Below are positions 13,357 to 25,870 of a stretch of 64,000 nt of DNA, one piece after another. The notes under the pieces were generated by a model, which was not told the DNA's origin, did no database searches, and saw nothing but the letters and a program-made list of their open reading frames with translations. How positions within the stretch are numbered: the first letter of the stretch is position 1; every line of letters starts with the position of its first letter. Made by a program: the position numbers and the translations under genes. Origin of the DNA: Felis catus (lineage: Eukaryota); NCBI RefSeq assembly GCF_018350175.1, contig NC_058368.1, forward strand, positions 121,956,001-122,020,000. Direction: 5' to 3'.

Positions 13357-15786
13357 GTCTTCCATCTTTGTTTTCCTCACAGCACTATGCACAGGGCCAG
13401 ATTATTAACACAAATTGAATTGGAAATAAGTGAAAGTGGTTCTTTGTCTTGCAACCTCTATGCACAAACTCTCACATACACATTTTTATTTCACTTTATC
13501 ACATGACCAATTTTCCTTCATAATTGCTTAGTGCTCAGTAGTGAGGTGGTTTGCTTTTCCCCCCTTCCTCTGTGTGGAAATGGAACATTACTCTTTAACC
13601 ATTCAAAAGTGAAAGCAGGTTATTGGGATAGAAGCATCCTCCCACCCTCAATTTGTCATGGTATCCATCATAAAATTATGACTTCAGAGGGACCGAGCCA
13701 TGCTCTCCTTAGAAGCCAAGTTCTCCTCTGAAGTCTAGGGAGCCCACCATGCTTACTGAGCTGTGAAAATCCAGATGGTGGGAAGCAGGTGAGTAATGAA
13801 TGCCATGCTGTTTCCATTAAAATGCACACAGCTTCCCCACACTGACCAAATCCCCAGCACTAGCCAGGTCTGAGATAACTCAGGACAGGTGGGTTGATGG
13901 AGACTTCCTTTCACTCAAAACAAGTTTCTACTACACAGAAGGGGAGAAGAAAGAATGTTCCTATAGTTGGGACAAAACTTGCCCAAAGGACAAAGTGGTT
14001 TTAAAAATTCTAAGTCCTCCAAATATAGAAACATCCAGTGGGAAATTGGTAGCAGTCCAGACTTGCCTACAAGCCTGCATGGTTTATAGTGGGATCTGCT
14101 GTCAAGGTATCTACCATCTGTCACCCACTCTTTCAGAAAGCAGAGGAGTAATTAGCTGCTCAGGCAATGCAAACTCTGTCAATCATTCAGGGCTATTATC
14201 TACACAACATAGGTCATCTAGCATGGACCCGAGAGTCAGAGGGACTCTGGGTCCAAAATGGGAAAGTTTATCCTATCTGGGGGTCTATATAGGAGCTTTT
14301 GGGCAGGCATTGTGTTACCCAAACACACATAATGTGGAGTTTGTCTGGCATGTCTTCGGTCAAAAATTTTTCTGTGCCAGAGGCTCTGATGTCAGAAAGG
14401 TAGGGCACCTGCCTTGTGGGAGCTGAACTTGCCAGGTTTGTGTGTTGGTTTTAATATCATTTATTTAGGGGAGCCTGGTATGACTTCTTCCCAAACCCAA
14501 GCAGCCTCCATTTACTATGCAGCTTCACTGCCCCCCCCATTCTTCTCCTTCATAACAGTCCTGACCACTTACCATTAGCAATTACAATGGTAATGGAAAC
14601 ATTTTAAATGCCTTTCTTAGTCTCTGAATTGAAAACCCAATAAGGAACTTGTTCATCACTGAACCTTCAGTGCCAAGCTTAGTGTCTTAATATGCGATAG
14701 ATGCATCTTAATTATTTTCTTGAATCGATCACCAAAGGAGAGCTCAAGAGAAGCAACAGCAAAGTGGACCATCACATAGAGAATAACCCAGAACAAAGTG
14801 TAAACAAACAAAACATATATGCTGGATGAATGTTAGAAACATATTTTAAGGGGTGTGAGACAAGGGCACGCTCTTATTTTGGAATGAGTATTTTACGACT
14901 TTAGAACCACATAGATTGATCAGTAAGGTACAGATTTTATCCTAAAAGCCTCTGTCAAATTGGCAGGGACTGGAATGTCCTATGAATCACAGGAAGAGAG
15001 AAGAGCAAATGGGTTGGTGAAGAGAAGGTACCGAGAGAGGGCATGGAGGTAGCAATCACACAACCCAAATTGGATTTGAAGCAAATAGATCTGAAATGCC
15101 AGGAATCTATTTACTGACCACTTACTAAGTGCACATCACTGGACTGGGTTCCAGGTATACACTACAAACACAACACACCTGTCTTTACCTTCAAGAAGTG
15201 TTCAATCTAGAGGACTGGGAAGCAGTGGTAAATGGGTGAACATAGTAAAACAAAGTTGGAGAAGAGGGTGTTGAAACACCCTATAGTGGAAATGTTTGGG
15301 TCAGAGAGTCAGAACCCTAGTTTTGGCCTAGAAGTCAAAAGGAAATCACTACAGAAACTTAAGGTAACTCACATGTCATCCCTATGCCTGCATTCGAGAA
15401 ATCTCCTATCATTTCTCTAAAGGACAAATTGAACAATAAATACAATATATCTGTGTGCTAAATTCTACATGGTCCTAAAGAATGAAAGAAGAATGGAGTA
15501 CGACAAGATTTGGATTTCCCTCCTAAACCATGAAATTTCTATGTCAAACACAATAAAGATACTGCTAACAATTTACAAGGTATTACAAAATGATGGTTTT
15601 TCAATGGCTTTAGCAAAGAAAATGGAAAATATTAGAAGCAAATGTGCCATTTACAACTCTATGAATCAGTATTTCTCTTTGTCTGTTTTCCTCTCTCTCT
15701 CCTCTTCTCCTCCCTCCCTCCATTCCTTCCTTTCTCTCTGGCTAGGAGTTGTGGTGTTTTTAAGATTATAAAAATATATTACTCTT

Positions 15787-15894
15787 GGGTGCCTGGCTGG
15801 CTCAGTCAGTGAAGCATGTCACTCTTGATCTCAGGGTTGTAAGCTGGAGCCCCACGGTGGGTGTAGAGATTACTTAAAAACAAAATCTTTAAAA
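15787..15894 (+). mobile_element. short old Can-SINE
   Basis: tRNA-like head gggtgcctggctggctcagtcagt, a gtagagattacttaaaa tail, and flanking atattactct repeats (TSD). Confidence 0.85.
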
Positions 15895-16437
15895 CAATAT
15901 TACTCTCTTTTGGATAATGTCCCTATTTTAAAACACTGAATACAATATATCACATACAGTAGGTAAACAGTAAAAGATAGCATAAAGAAGTGCGTGCTGA
16001 TTTCCCTCACCAGCATGACCCAAATTTTAATAAATATTCATCAGGAAAAGGCACTATGGTACATCCTTACTGCTTTTTTATAACCATTGAAAATTGGATA
16101 TTTAAAAAAATCCATTACATTTGATTTCATGTTCACTTGGCAGTTAGATATCAACTATAAAATGTAGAAAAAGCAGGAAATACTAAATGTTGATAGACTT
16201 ATTCATGGTTCATTTATTCACTCAAAAAATATTCAAGGACCACATATATTATGTGTCAAACACTACATTATGTATTAAGTGTACATCAATTAATAAAAGA
16301 GACTAAATATCTGTCTTTAGGGAACTTCTTTTCTACTTGTGGAGAAAAAATAATAGTCAATGAGCATAATAAATCACATCATATGTAATATACTCTGGGA
16401 AACAAACATAGCTGATTAAGGGAGATTAAGAGTTCAT

Positions 16438-16674
16438 GGAGCACCTGGGTGGCTTAGTTGGTTAAACATCTGATTCTTGATTTTGACCCAGAGCATGATC
16501 TCACCATCATGGATCGAGCCCCGCGTTGGGCTCCACACTGAGGTGTGGAGCCTGCTTAAGATTCTCTCTCTCTCCCTCTGTTCCTGTGTGCTCTTTGTCT
16601 TTCTCTCTCTCAAAACAAAACAAACTCCCCCCCAAATAAAAAAAAACCCAAAACAAAAACAAAACACCAAAAAA
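16438..16674 (+). mobile_element. Can-SINE
   Basis: gcacctgggtggcttagttggttaa head, CT-rich tract and A-rich tail. Confidence 0.9.
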
Positions 16675-17056
16675 TGAATTCTGAAGGTAGGTGGGAGGCT
16701 TAGATTTTAAGTAAGGTGATTGTGATAGGCCATACTGAGCAGATTTGAAAGCGGTGAGGGAGGTCACTCTATGGGTATCTGAAGGAAGAGTGCTCCAGAC
16801 AGGGAATAGACAGTGAGAAGACCCTAAGAGAGAAGCAGGCCTGTGTCAGCAGATCGGGGTAGCTGGAGCAGTGCAAACCAGGAAAAAATGAGGTGTTCAG
16901 TATTTGCAGACCATAGCAGGCACTTTGGCTTTTACTAAAAGTGAAATAGGCACAACTATGTAAATATTTAATACCACTAAACTGTATACCTAAAGATGGT
17001 TAACTGGTAAATTTTGTGTTAGGTTCATTTTACCACAGTTTTTTAAAAAGTGAGGA

Positions 17057-17244
17057 GGGGTGTCTGGGTGGCTCAGTTGGTTAAGGGTCCAACTTTGGCT
17101 CAGGTCATAATCTAAGGTTTGTGAGTTGGAGCCCTGCATTGAGCTCTCTCCTGTCAGCACGGCTTTGGATCCTCTGTCTTCCTCTCTCTCTGCCCTTCCC
17201 CACTTATGCTCTCTCTCTCTCTCTCAAAAATAAATAAATATTTT
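17057..17244 (+). mobile_element. felid Can-SINE
   Basis: Head, CT tract and tail present; TSD ttttaaaaagtgagga at 17041-17056 and 17245-17260. Confidence 0.92.
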
Positions 17245-20200
17245 TTTTAAAAAGTGAGGAAAAAATGAAACGGAAAGCTGCTGGAGGGTACTGGACGGAG
17301 GAATGAGATAGTCTGATGTGTTCCAAGTACCAATCTGGCTGTAGAGCTGGGAACAGACTGTGGAGGGCTAAAGCAGGATCATCAGGAAGACTATCGAGAT
17401 AATCCAGGTGAGAGAGGAGGGTGGCTCAGACCAGGGCCTTGGCAGTCAAGGTGGAGAGCAGTAGTCAGATTCTGGATACATACGGAGTCAACATGACAGG
17501 ATTTGCAGATGGACTGGTTACGGGGTATCAAAGAGAGAATTCGAGGATGATTCCAAGGTTTCTGCCCTCAGCACCCTCTGCACCTGGCAGGATGAAGCTG
17601 CCATCACTGAGATGGGAAGTTTGTGGGCGATTCAGGCATTTTTGGGGCAGGCCAGACACTCATTTAGTTTCAGGCATGGGAAGTAGGAGGGATTTACAAG
17701 TAAAGGTACTGAGTAGATAATTGGAAAGAAGGGTTTAGAGTTCAGGAGGGAGTGTGAGTTGGGGATGTAAACTTGGGAGTTATTACCACTTCAGATGATA
17801 TTTAAAGCTATAGGATTAGATGAGACCTCAGGGAAAGAGTGTATTAAAGGAGAGGAAGACCATGGGCTGAACTTTGGGACACTCCAACATCTAAAAGGTT
17901 GGGAGAAGAAGAGGAATCAGGAAAAGAAGAAGGAGCAGAAGAAGGAGAGGATGGTAAGATAGCAGGAAAATCAAGAAAGCTGAGGGTCCCGAATGCCAGA
18001 GAAGAGCAGAAGAGAGAGCCATCAGTCATGCCAAACACTGCTGATAGGCAAGGTCAAAGCCTTCAGGTGGCCTTTGGATTTGAACAATGGAGGTCACTTT
18101 TCACCTTGGCAACTGTGGTTTCTGTGGATCAGTGGGGGTGGGTTTGGTGGAACCATGGATTGGGCTTCAGAGCGAATGGGAGAAAGTCACTGTGGACACT
18201 TCTCTTCAAGGAGTTTTGCTGAGAAGTGTAGCAAAGACATGAGGCAGAAGATGGTATGGGAAGTCAGGTGAACAGAGCATTTTTGTATCAGAGAAACAAC
18301 AGCATTTGTATTTGCTGATGGAAAGATCAAGCAATGCTTATGGAAAGATGAGCAATGAATAAGGAAAAACGTGGAACAGAATGAACAGATAAGTGAATGC
18401 ATGAATAAACAAGCCAGTAACTGGTCCACCACTGACAGGTGAAATAAAATCTGTTCAGGTTCAATTCCCACCCACAGCCAAAAGATGGTTAGGAAGAAAA
18501 ATGCTACACAAAATCTATCTTCATATAAGGTTTAACAGGAGTCTCAAAACATTTAGTATGGCCAAGCATTTCTCCCATAAATCAACATGTCAGATGTCCA
18601 TGCAATCACCATAAATAAATGAAAAACAAACCTCTTGGTTTTCTTTTTGTTTCTTCTTCCCTTCCTGCTCTTCCTCCTGTCTTTTTCCCCTTTTTTCTTC
18701 TTTCCTTCCCTTTCTCTCTTTTTCTTCTTTCCATCCCTCTCTCCTTCCTTTTTCTTCTGAAGCCAGCTGTAGAAAGGACTCATTCCATCTACTACTATGC
18801 ATCTCTGGGTCCATTACCTCCTGTCTGCCTACCTGATGGAAGGCTGCTCACCTGTATACACTTTAAAATGTTAAGTCTACTGCAAGATCAGTCCCACATG
18901 GGTAACCTGACCTCCTCATGGCCTTTCTTGGGTAACTTTCAGCATGATTCTTAATAGTGCATAGAAAGAAACAAGTCTGTCAGAGGAGAAAGAAAAAACC
19001 CACATTCTCATCTTGCCCTGTGGAAGATTTATAGACACTTTGCAAATAGCCAGACCCAGGTGATGGTGCCAGGAACTTTCCAAGTGATTTGTAGATCTCC
19101 CTGCCAGGAAGTCGGTCTTTAATGGAAAACTCTTCTAGCTGAACATTCCTTTATTACAGCATGACTACAGGGAGAGGATCGCAACTGTCATGCAAAAGAT
19201 TGGCTGAAATTAACTAGCTATGAGCCTGGCCTCAAGATATTTCAGCCTCAGGAAAACACCAGTATCGCAATTTTTCTGTGGCACTATTGAACTGGGCCTA
19301 CTGCATGCCAGGCATAGTACTAGACTCTTGACCTAAACTTTCCTCCTCAATCTGCATTATCAGGCTCCTTTATTTAACACCTACTTTGCCAGGATCTGTA
19401 CCTTGTGTTTTATATTATGTTTAATGGTCACTCAAACTCCATGATATCAGTCTCTTCCTCCATTTTTCAGATGGGGAGATGGTGGCTCAGAGAACTGTCC
19501 ATGTTTGGAAGGCTAACAAGGGGATCTGGGATTGGAACCCAGTTCTAGTTCCAGAGCTGCTAGTTCTAGTTCATGACCTGCCTCTTCTGTTCCACTTCTT
19601 TTCCTTCGACCTTTTAATTCTTGTCCCCACTCCCTTTTGTCTGTTGTTTATTTTTTCCTAATCCTTTCTTCATCTTTCCCTCATAGTTACTTTTTAACAT
19701 GGCAGAGTGGATCTTCTGGGCTCAGCCTTAACTTTTCCATCATTTTCTGTACTCCTTGTCACCCACCTGGCACGTTAGCAAAGTTTAACTCTTAGACTGT
19801 CAGCAAATACAGTCTGTGCTGACCAACTGTGAAGCAATTTCATTTTTCCCAAGACATTCTTTCCATTACGCGTGCATACTGACATGTATGCCCCTGGAGG
19901 CCAAGATCTTACTCACTATTTTAGTCTAGGGACCCAGCCTAGGGACACATACTTAGGAGGTTTGCACAAAATACTTATTCCCTGGCTGAGTGAATCAATG
20001 AACACAGGAGTCCTTTAAGGCCAACTCAAGGGCCACTTTCTCCATGAAGTCTTTCATGAGCTCCCCTAATTGGAACGCAATCCTTTCTTCCTCACAATGC
20101 CACAACTCTCTGGACTGTTCATATGCTACTTATGTAGTTCTTCCCACTTATGTAGCTATATAACTGAAAATGTACTTGCTCTGTTTTCCTTACTGAAACT

Positions 20201-21398
20201 ATTTCATTAAGGGCAGAGTTCCTATTTTACTTATCTTTGGCTCTACCAATAAACTGCACATAAAACTTCAAGACGCTTTAGTATTTTCGTATTTGGAATG
20301 ACTCGTGTTGGATTATTGTACAAATGTTAATAGGTTGCTTGATATACTCTGTGTGTGTGCGTGTGTGTGGGGGGGGGAGAGATATATCTTTAACTAGATG
20401 ATGAGTTCCCTGAAAACAGACTCATATTTCTTTCTTTAATAGACAGCATCTTTATCAATATCTAAGATCTCAGAGCATAGGTGATATAAATAGTCCACAC
20501 TTGGAGATTTCATATTCTTATAGGGACAACTGATTGTTGGCCTGTGTAATGCATATCATTGTTCTCCTCTAAAATCAGAGTCACACATGCTCCATTTCTG
20601 CCTCCAGTTTATTATTATTTTTCAAATGGCTGAGTACCATAGGTTCCTGACCTGGGACATCTCTGAAATAAAACCAGTGCTTGAGAAATCAAGCGCCAAG
20701 TCCTTTTTCAGAAGCAGTTCCTCCAAGCACAGCAGAAAGGAGAGGAGTGGAAATAGGAACCTATTACCATGTCTTTTAAATACTCTACTTTTGGGGACAT
20801 TTCAAATACTGATTCTAACAACCTAAGTTACTGCCTTTGGAGAGTATGGAAAAGCTTAGGGCTTGAAACAGCCAGTAACTATTAATTGCAGTAGAAAAAT
20901 TTCTTTCTATCCAACACACATCATAGCAGGTTCTTAGCCTTGATTGTGATGCATTGATTATTTCCTGCAAAGTCCAGGGGAAGAAATTAAATGTCAATAT
21001 TTTATCAGGTCATAGAAGAAATACAATGATAAAACACTCAAGATATAGACTTAACACTGGTCACAATCTCAGATACACTGCTTGCTTCTTCAACTGAAAT
21101 TAAATCAACAGTAAACTGCACCAGAAGCCATTTTAAGGAAACCTTTGGAGAATATCACCTTTTGGTAATTTATCACTAAGGAAATACTGGGAACTGGCCT
21201 TTTTGTACCACTCAAACCTCACGTTAAATCATCTCCCTGACACCCTATCTCACTATGCTCTAGTCCCACCACTTTGCTTTCATGACCTCGTAAATGCCAT
21301 GCTTCTTCCCACTCTGGGGTGTGCAAACATGCAGCTCTATCTACTTAAACTATTCACCCTTCTCCCTTCTCCTTGGCTAACATCTATGAATTGTTTTT

Positions 21399-21492
21399 AA
21401 TTTTTTAATTAAAAGATGTTTTAGAGAGAGAGAAAGCATGAGTGGGGGGAGAGGAGCAGAGGGAGAGGGAGGGAGGGAGGGAAGGAGGGAGG

Positions 21493-21551
<59 letters not shown>

Positions 21552-21678
21552 TATCTTAAGCAGGCTCCACACTCAGTACAGAGCCTGATGAGGAGCTCGA
21601 TCCCACAACTCGGGGATCATGACCTGAGGCTAAATCAAGAGTCAGATGCTCAACTAGACTAAGCCACCTAGGCGCCCC
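21399..21678 (-). mobile_element. Can-SINE with expanded (GA)n
   Basis: Ends gccacctaggcgcccc; (GA)n at ~21502-21546; degenerate TSD taaca(t/c)ctat. Confidence 0.9.
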
Positions 21679-22883
21679 TAACACCTATTAATTTTTTAAA
21701 TTTCAGCTTAACCAGCACATCCCAAGACAGACCTTTTCTGACAGCTTATGTTCTAGTTGCCCTATACTGCTCTGTACTACCCTATTCTTTCCCTTTAAAG
21801 CATTTATCAGAATTCCTCATTATATATTTGTTTGAGTGTTTATTGATAATGTCTGTCTCTGCTATAAGACTATAAAGCTAACCAAATCAGGGATCAAAAT
21901 TGATTTTTTCACCTTGCGATTCCTGGTCTGCACTCCCATATATGACACACAATACATGTTCTTTAAAAGTATGGTTTTCTAGAATATTTGTTAATAGTTA
22001 TTACCTGATCGCTCATTATATATTCTCTAATACTGTTCTTGCACACACATGCACACACCATACACACATTTGGTTTTCAGTCAAACTGGGTGTAGCAGAT
22101 CTGTACAACCATGAACATTTAAAAATCGATGAAATCTCCCTCATTCTCCTAAGATCTACGTTTGCCTTATTCTCCAAAGCTAATCATATGTATGAAAGCT
22201 CATGCATTGTAAAATGTATACACACCCTTCTGATTCTTCAATTCTTACCCTTGTCTAAGCCAGTCTCCACCCTGTTCAATTTTCAGGAAGAAAAAGAACA
22301 GAACACTAGAGACTGGGTGGGAAGATCTTTATATGCCAAGAAGTCTGACCCAGTGAACTACTTCAGTCAAACACAGTTTGAATTGGATTGCCCGATTGCT
22401 GAGAAGGGCTTTCTGGATTAGACAGTTCATTAGTGGCTCAGCCAGTTTCTAGGACCTGTCGGTCTCTGCTCTGTGTGCCTGGAGTTAGCAAAGTGACAGA
22501 GTGAAGGCTGCTTGAGTGACAGGTGCCAGTGAGTCACAGGGAATACCGGGTGAAACAGCAGCTACCCAGAGGCACCAACCACACCCTTAGGCTCAGGATC
22601 CCAAAAGTGTACACAGCTAAAAATGAGGCTTGGTGTCAGTGGAAAACTATTTGCTGAGCACCTTCTATGTGTCTAATCTGGGGCGTTGTTCCGAGAAGTA
22701 ATTCTAGGAGGTAGTCAACAGCAGTCTTCCAGCCCCTGTTTCAATTCCAGCTCCACTAGTCAGCAGAGATAGCTAATGTTGGGTATAATTCTTAATGTCT
22801 TTCTCCACACTGCTTACCTAATCTGTAACATGGGAGTGGTATTATACGGAGGATGAAATGAGTAAATTTATGCAGGGCACTTA

Positions 22884-23099
22884 AAATTTTTTTTTTCAAC
22901 GTTTATTTATTTTTGGGACAGAGAGAGACAGAGCATGAACGGGGGAGGGGCAGAGAGAGAGGGAGACACACAATCGGAAACAGGCTCCAGGCTCTGAGCC
23001 ATCAGCCCAGAGCCCGACGCGGGGCTCGAACTCACGGACCACGAGATCGTGACCTGGCTGAAGTCGGACGCTTAACCTACTGCGCCACCCAGGCGCCCC
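22884..23099 (-). mobile_element. young felid Can-SINE inserted in a MIR
   Basis: CpGs are intact; perfect 15-bp TSD tatgcagggcactta at 22869-22883 and 23100-23114. Confidence 0.96.
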
Positions 23100-25339
23100 T
23101 ATGCAGGGCACTTAGAATGATGTTTGACACACATAAACACTAAATAAGAATTAGAATAATACCTTACCCAAAAGTAATATAATGAATGATTAACAGTATC
23201 ACTTCTCCATTCACAGCTTTGCCATGTATAACAGATGTGCCTTAGGACAAATTACCTGGGTTCTCTGAATCTTAGTTTCATTATTTGTAAAACAAAATGA
23301 TACTGGTACCATTTTGGAAGAGCATTAGGAGGATTAGATGAGATAAGGAAGAGAACACCAACCGCAGTGGTTGGTCACATCTGACCAGCAGGGTGGTTTT
23401 ATTTAACGCTGCAATGTTAGTCCACAAAAAGATTTCCAATTTTTTGAATGATATGTTTACCTTTAGAAATTATGAAATTGCATATAAACAATCCAGATTT
23501 TCAGTTTCTTTGGAAGTCAATAGATGGGTGCCACTGGATTGGCATTCCCACATGGCCACTGCTGGCTTGAGCTGGGACTTGTGGCTGTGCCCTTTAGAAA
23601 GGAACAAGGTCTTAAATTTACCTCTTCTCCCACCACTTCCTACTGGTCCCCAACCTTGAGGCCAAATGTCAGCTCCCATTTATCCTCCAAAGGCTTCTCT
23701 CTACTGCTCTGCTTTCATTTTTGATGTTACTTGGCCTCTGTAGGTATCTGAGTTAGCAGGGGCTGGTCTTAAGGGCTTGCAGGCATCCTCTGGACACTGT
23801 TACCTCTATAAGCCTGCATAAAAGGAAGCAACCCCTTTCTCCACATAGCTCGAGGCCATTTGTCTCCACTGGCAAACAAGAGTGTAGAATGTGTCAATTC
23901 CAGGGCTAAAGGCTGGCTTCTCCACTGAGCTGAGCACCTCCTTGAAGAATAGCCTCTGATCCAAGAATCGGCCCCATAAATTCGTAATTTACTCACCCTG
24001 AGTCTTCTTCAGTTCCATTTAGACTGAGGGTAAAAGATATGGGACAAAAGTTAGGGGTGCTATACAATAATGCTGTAGAACCAAGTTTTCTAAAATATGT
24101 CCTATGGATTATCAGTCCCTCAAGATTCTGATCTTTGAGTGAAAAAAAGTCAAAATACTTTTGGGAAACTGCTTACACTTATCTTGTGTCATGGGGACTC
24201 ATCTGGGAAAGTCAGTAACTCAGAAATCCTGTGAGAAAGAAATTCATCCTCAATTCATTCAACAGCTATTTACTAAGCACCTACTATGTACTGGGCATTC
24301 TTCTAGGTATTGGGGATTTGGCGCTGAAAGACAGTAACTCTGAATTCAGGTAACTTATTCTAGTGTAGAATAAAGAACGATGCTTCACTCCGTTTTATGT
24401 CTTGCAAAACTTACTTCCAGAGGCCCTTCATGATGAAAGAATGGTGGAGATTTTTCTCCTATTAGTGCTTAACAAAGTAAGACCACTCTAGAACCCTTCT
24501 TACTGAAAGAAACACACAATTTATTTCTTGAAAGGTCAATGGACCCATTAGGGCAGACTTACTTGGGAAGAACTACAGGCTCACCTGGGGTCTCAGATTT
24601 GGCAAAGGTTTTTTGAGAATATCACACAAAGGGTTAACTTGACTTTCACCTCAAAAGTAGAGTGTTTTTCTCTGCATCTAATATGAGCCAGTTGGAAATG
24701 TATTTGTTTTTCAGTGTTTAATCTTCTGCATCACCCACTGTTGATTAGATTTAATTAATTTATGTTTCTAATGAATTTAGAAACTCACAGTGCTGTAGCA
24801 GGAAAATTTTCAGACAGCATCTGGCCACCAAATGGATTGATTACCTTGTCTGCAAAAGTCTTTCAAACATCTGGGGCCTGATTTTGTGAAACATCCAGAA
24901 GCTCTTTCAGAGGTAAGAAACGCCCATTGAGGGGAGAGAGGGGGTATGAGAAATAGGTAGGGTTTGCTTTGATCTGTAAATCTGGATTCTGGCACTCCCC
25001 CAATATGAAATCACATTTTGCTGCTCACTGGCACAGTTTCAGTGGCACCAAATAGACCGATCTGAATCTATTTTGTTTGACATAATCAGAATCTACCAGG
25101 CCTGAGCCCAGGCTGACACCCAGTGAACTCTTTTGGCACTTCCTTCCATGTGGAGGCTCCTGCTGATCATTAAGATGAAACATTTATAGAAAGCATTTAG
25201 AGAGAAGCACTTTGCTCTCATTCATTCAACAAACATTATCGGGGGCCCACTGTGTCTGGCACGGAGCCACTGAACCTCTTGGTTAGCTGCTCTTGGCAAC
25301 TACCCTAGAAAGTAGGCAAACGCTCTTCTCCCATTTTCA

Positions 25340-25870
25340 TAGTTATGAACAAGTACTATACAAATAATAATTACTAACATTAATATCAACACCAATAGGG
25401 GATATATAGACAGACAGACACACACGCACACACACACACACACACACGCGCATATAGGAAGCACTTTACATGCATTCACTCATTTAACCCTCGCAATAAA
25501 ACCATGAGGAAGATGTTATTATCACTCCCATTTTACAGATAAGAGTACTAAGGCAAGGAGAGCCTATGTGACTTGTCCAGATAATCCAGAAACCCTTGGC
25601 AGAGTCTTCCAATATAGGCAGTATGCCTGTGCTGTTAACCGATTTGCATTAGTGTGTCTGGATAACATTTATGGAAGACTTACTATGTGTTAGACATTAT
25701 CCTAGGGGGTCTGGTGCATTTATATTTTAATCACTCACACCTAATACAGTGGGTATCACTATTTCCCAGCAGGGAAGCTGAAGTCCAGAAACATTAACTT
25801 TTCAAGGTCACAAGGAGAGTTGGTCATAGACTAGGCTTTAACTCAGGTCTGTAGGCCTGCAAAGGCCACA
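25340..25870 (-). mobile_element. MIR fragments with a (CA)n microsatellite
   Basis: MIR core cactttacatgcattcactcatttaaccctcgcaat...cccattttacagat; (CA)n at ~25417-25447. Confidence 0.7.

Larger units (their letters stand above)
16190..18330 (-). mobile_element. fragmented LINE-2, interrupted by two Can-SINEs and a small L1 3' piece
   Basis: Typical L2 antisense text: attcactcaaaaaatattc, ataatccaggtgagag, tcagattctggata, gacaggatttgcagatggactgg, gaggatgattccaaggtttctg. Confidence 0.7.

Noticed and set aside
17844..18954. Glu/Lys-rich ORFs
   Set aside because: Translations of purine/pyrimidine low-complexity tracts and L2 sequence.
21900..22421. Longest ORF (173 aa)
   Set aside because: Non-ATG start, no recognisable domain, begins in an L2-like relic; consistent with chance.
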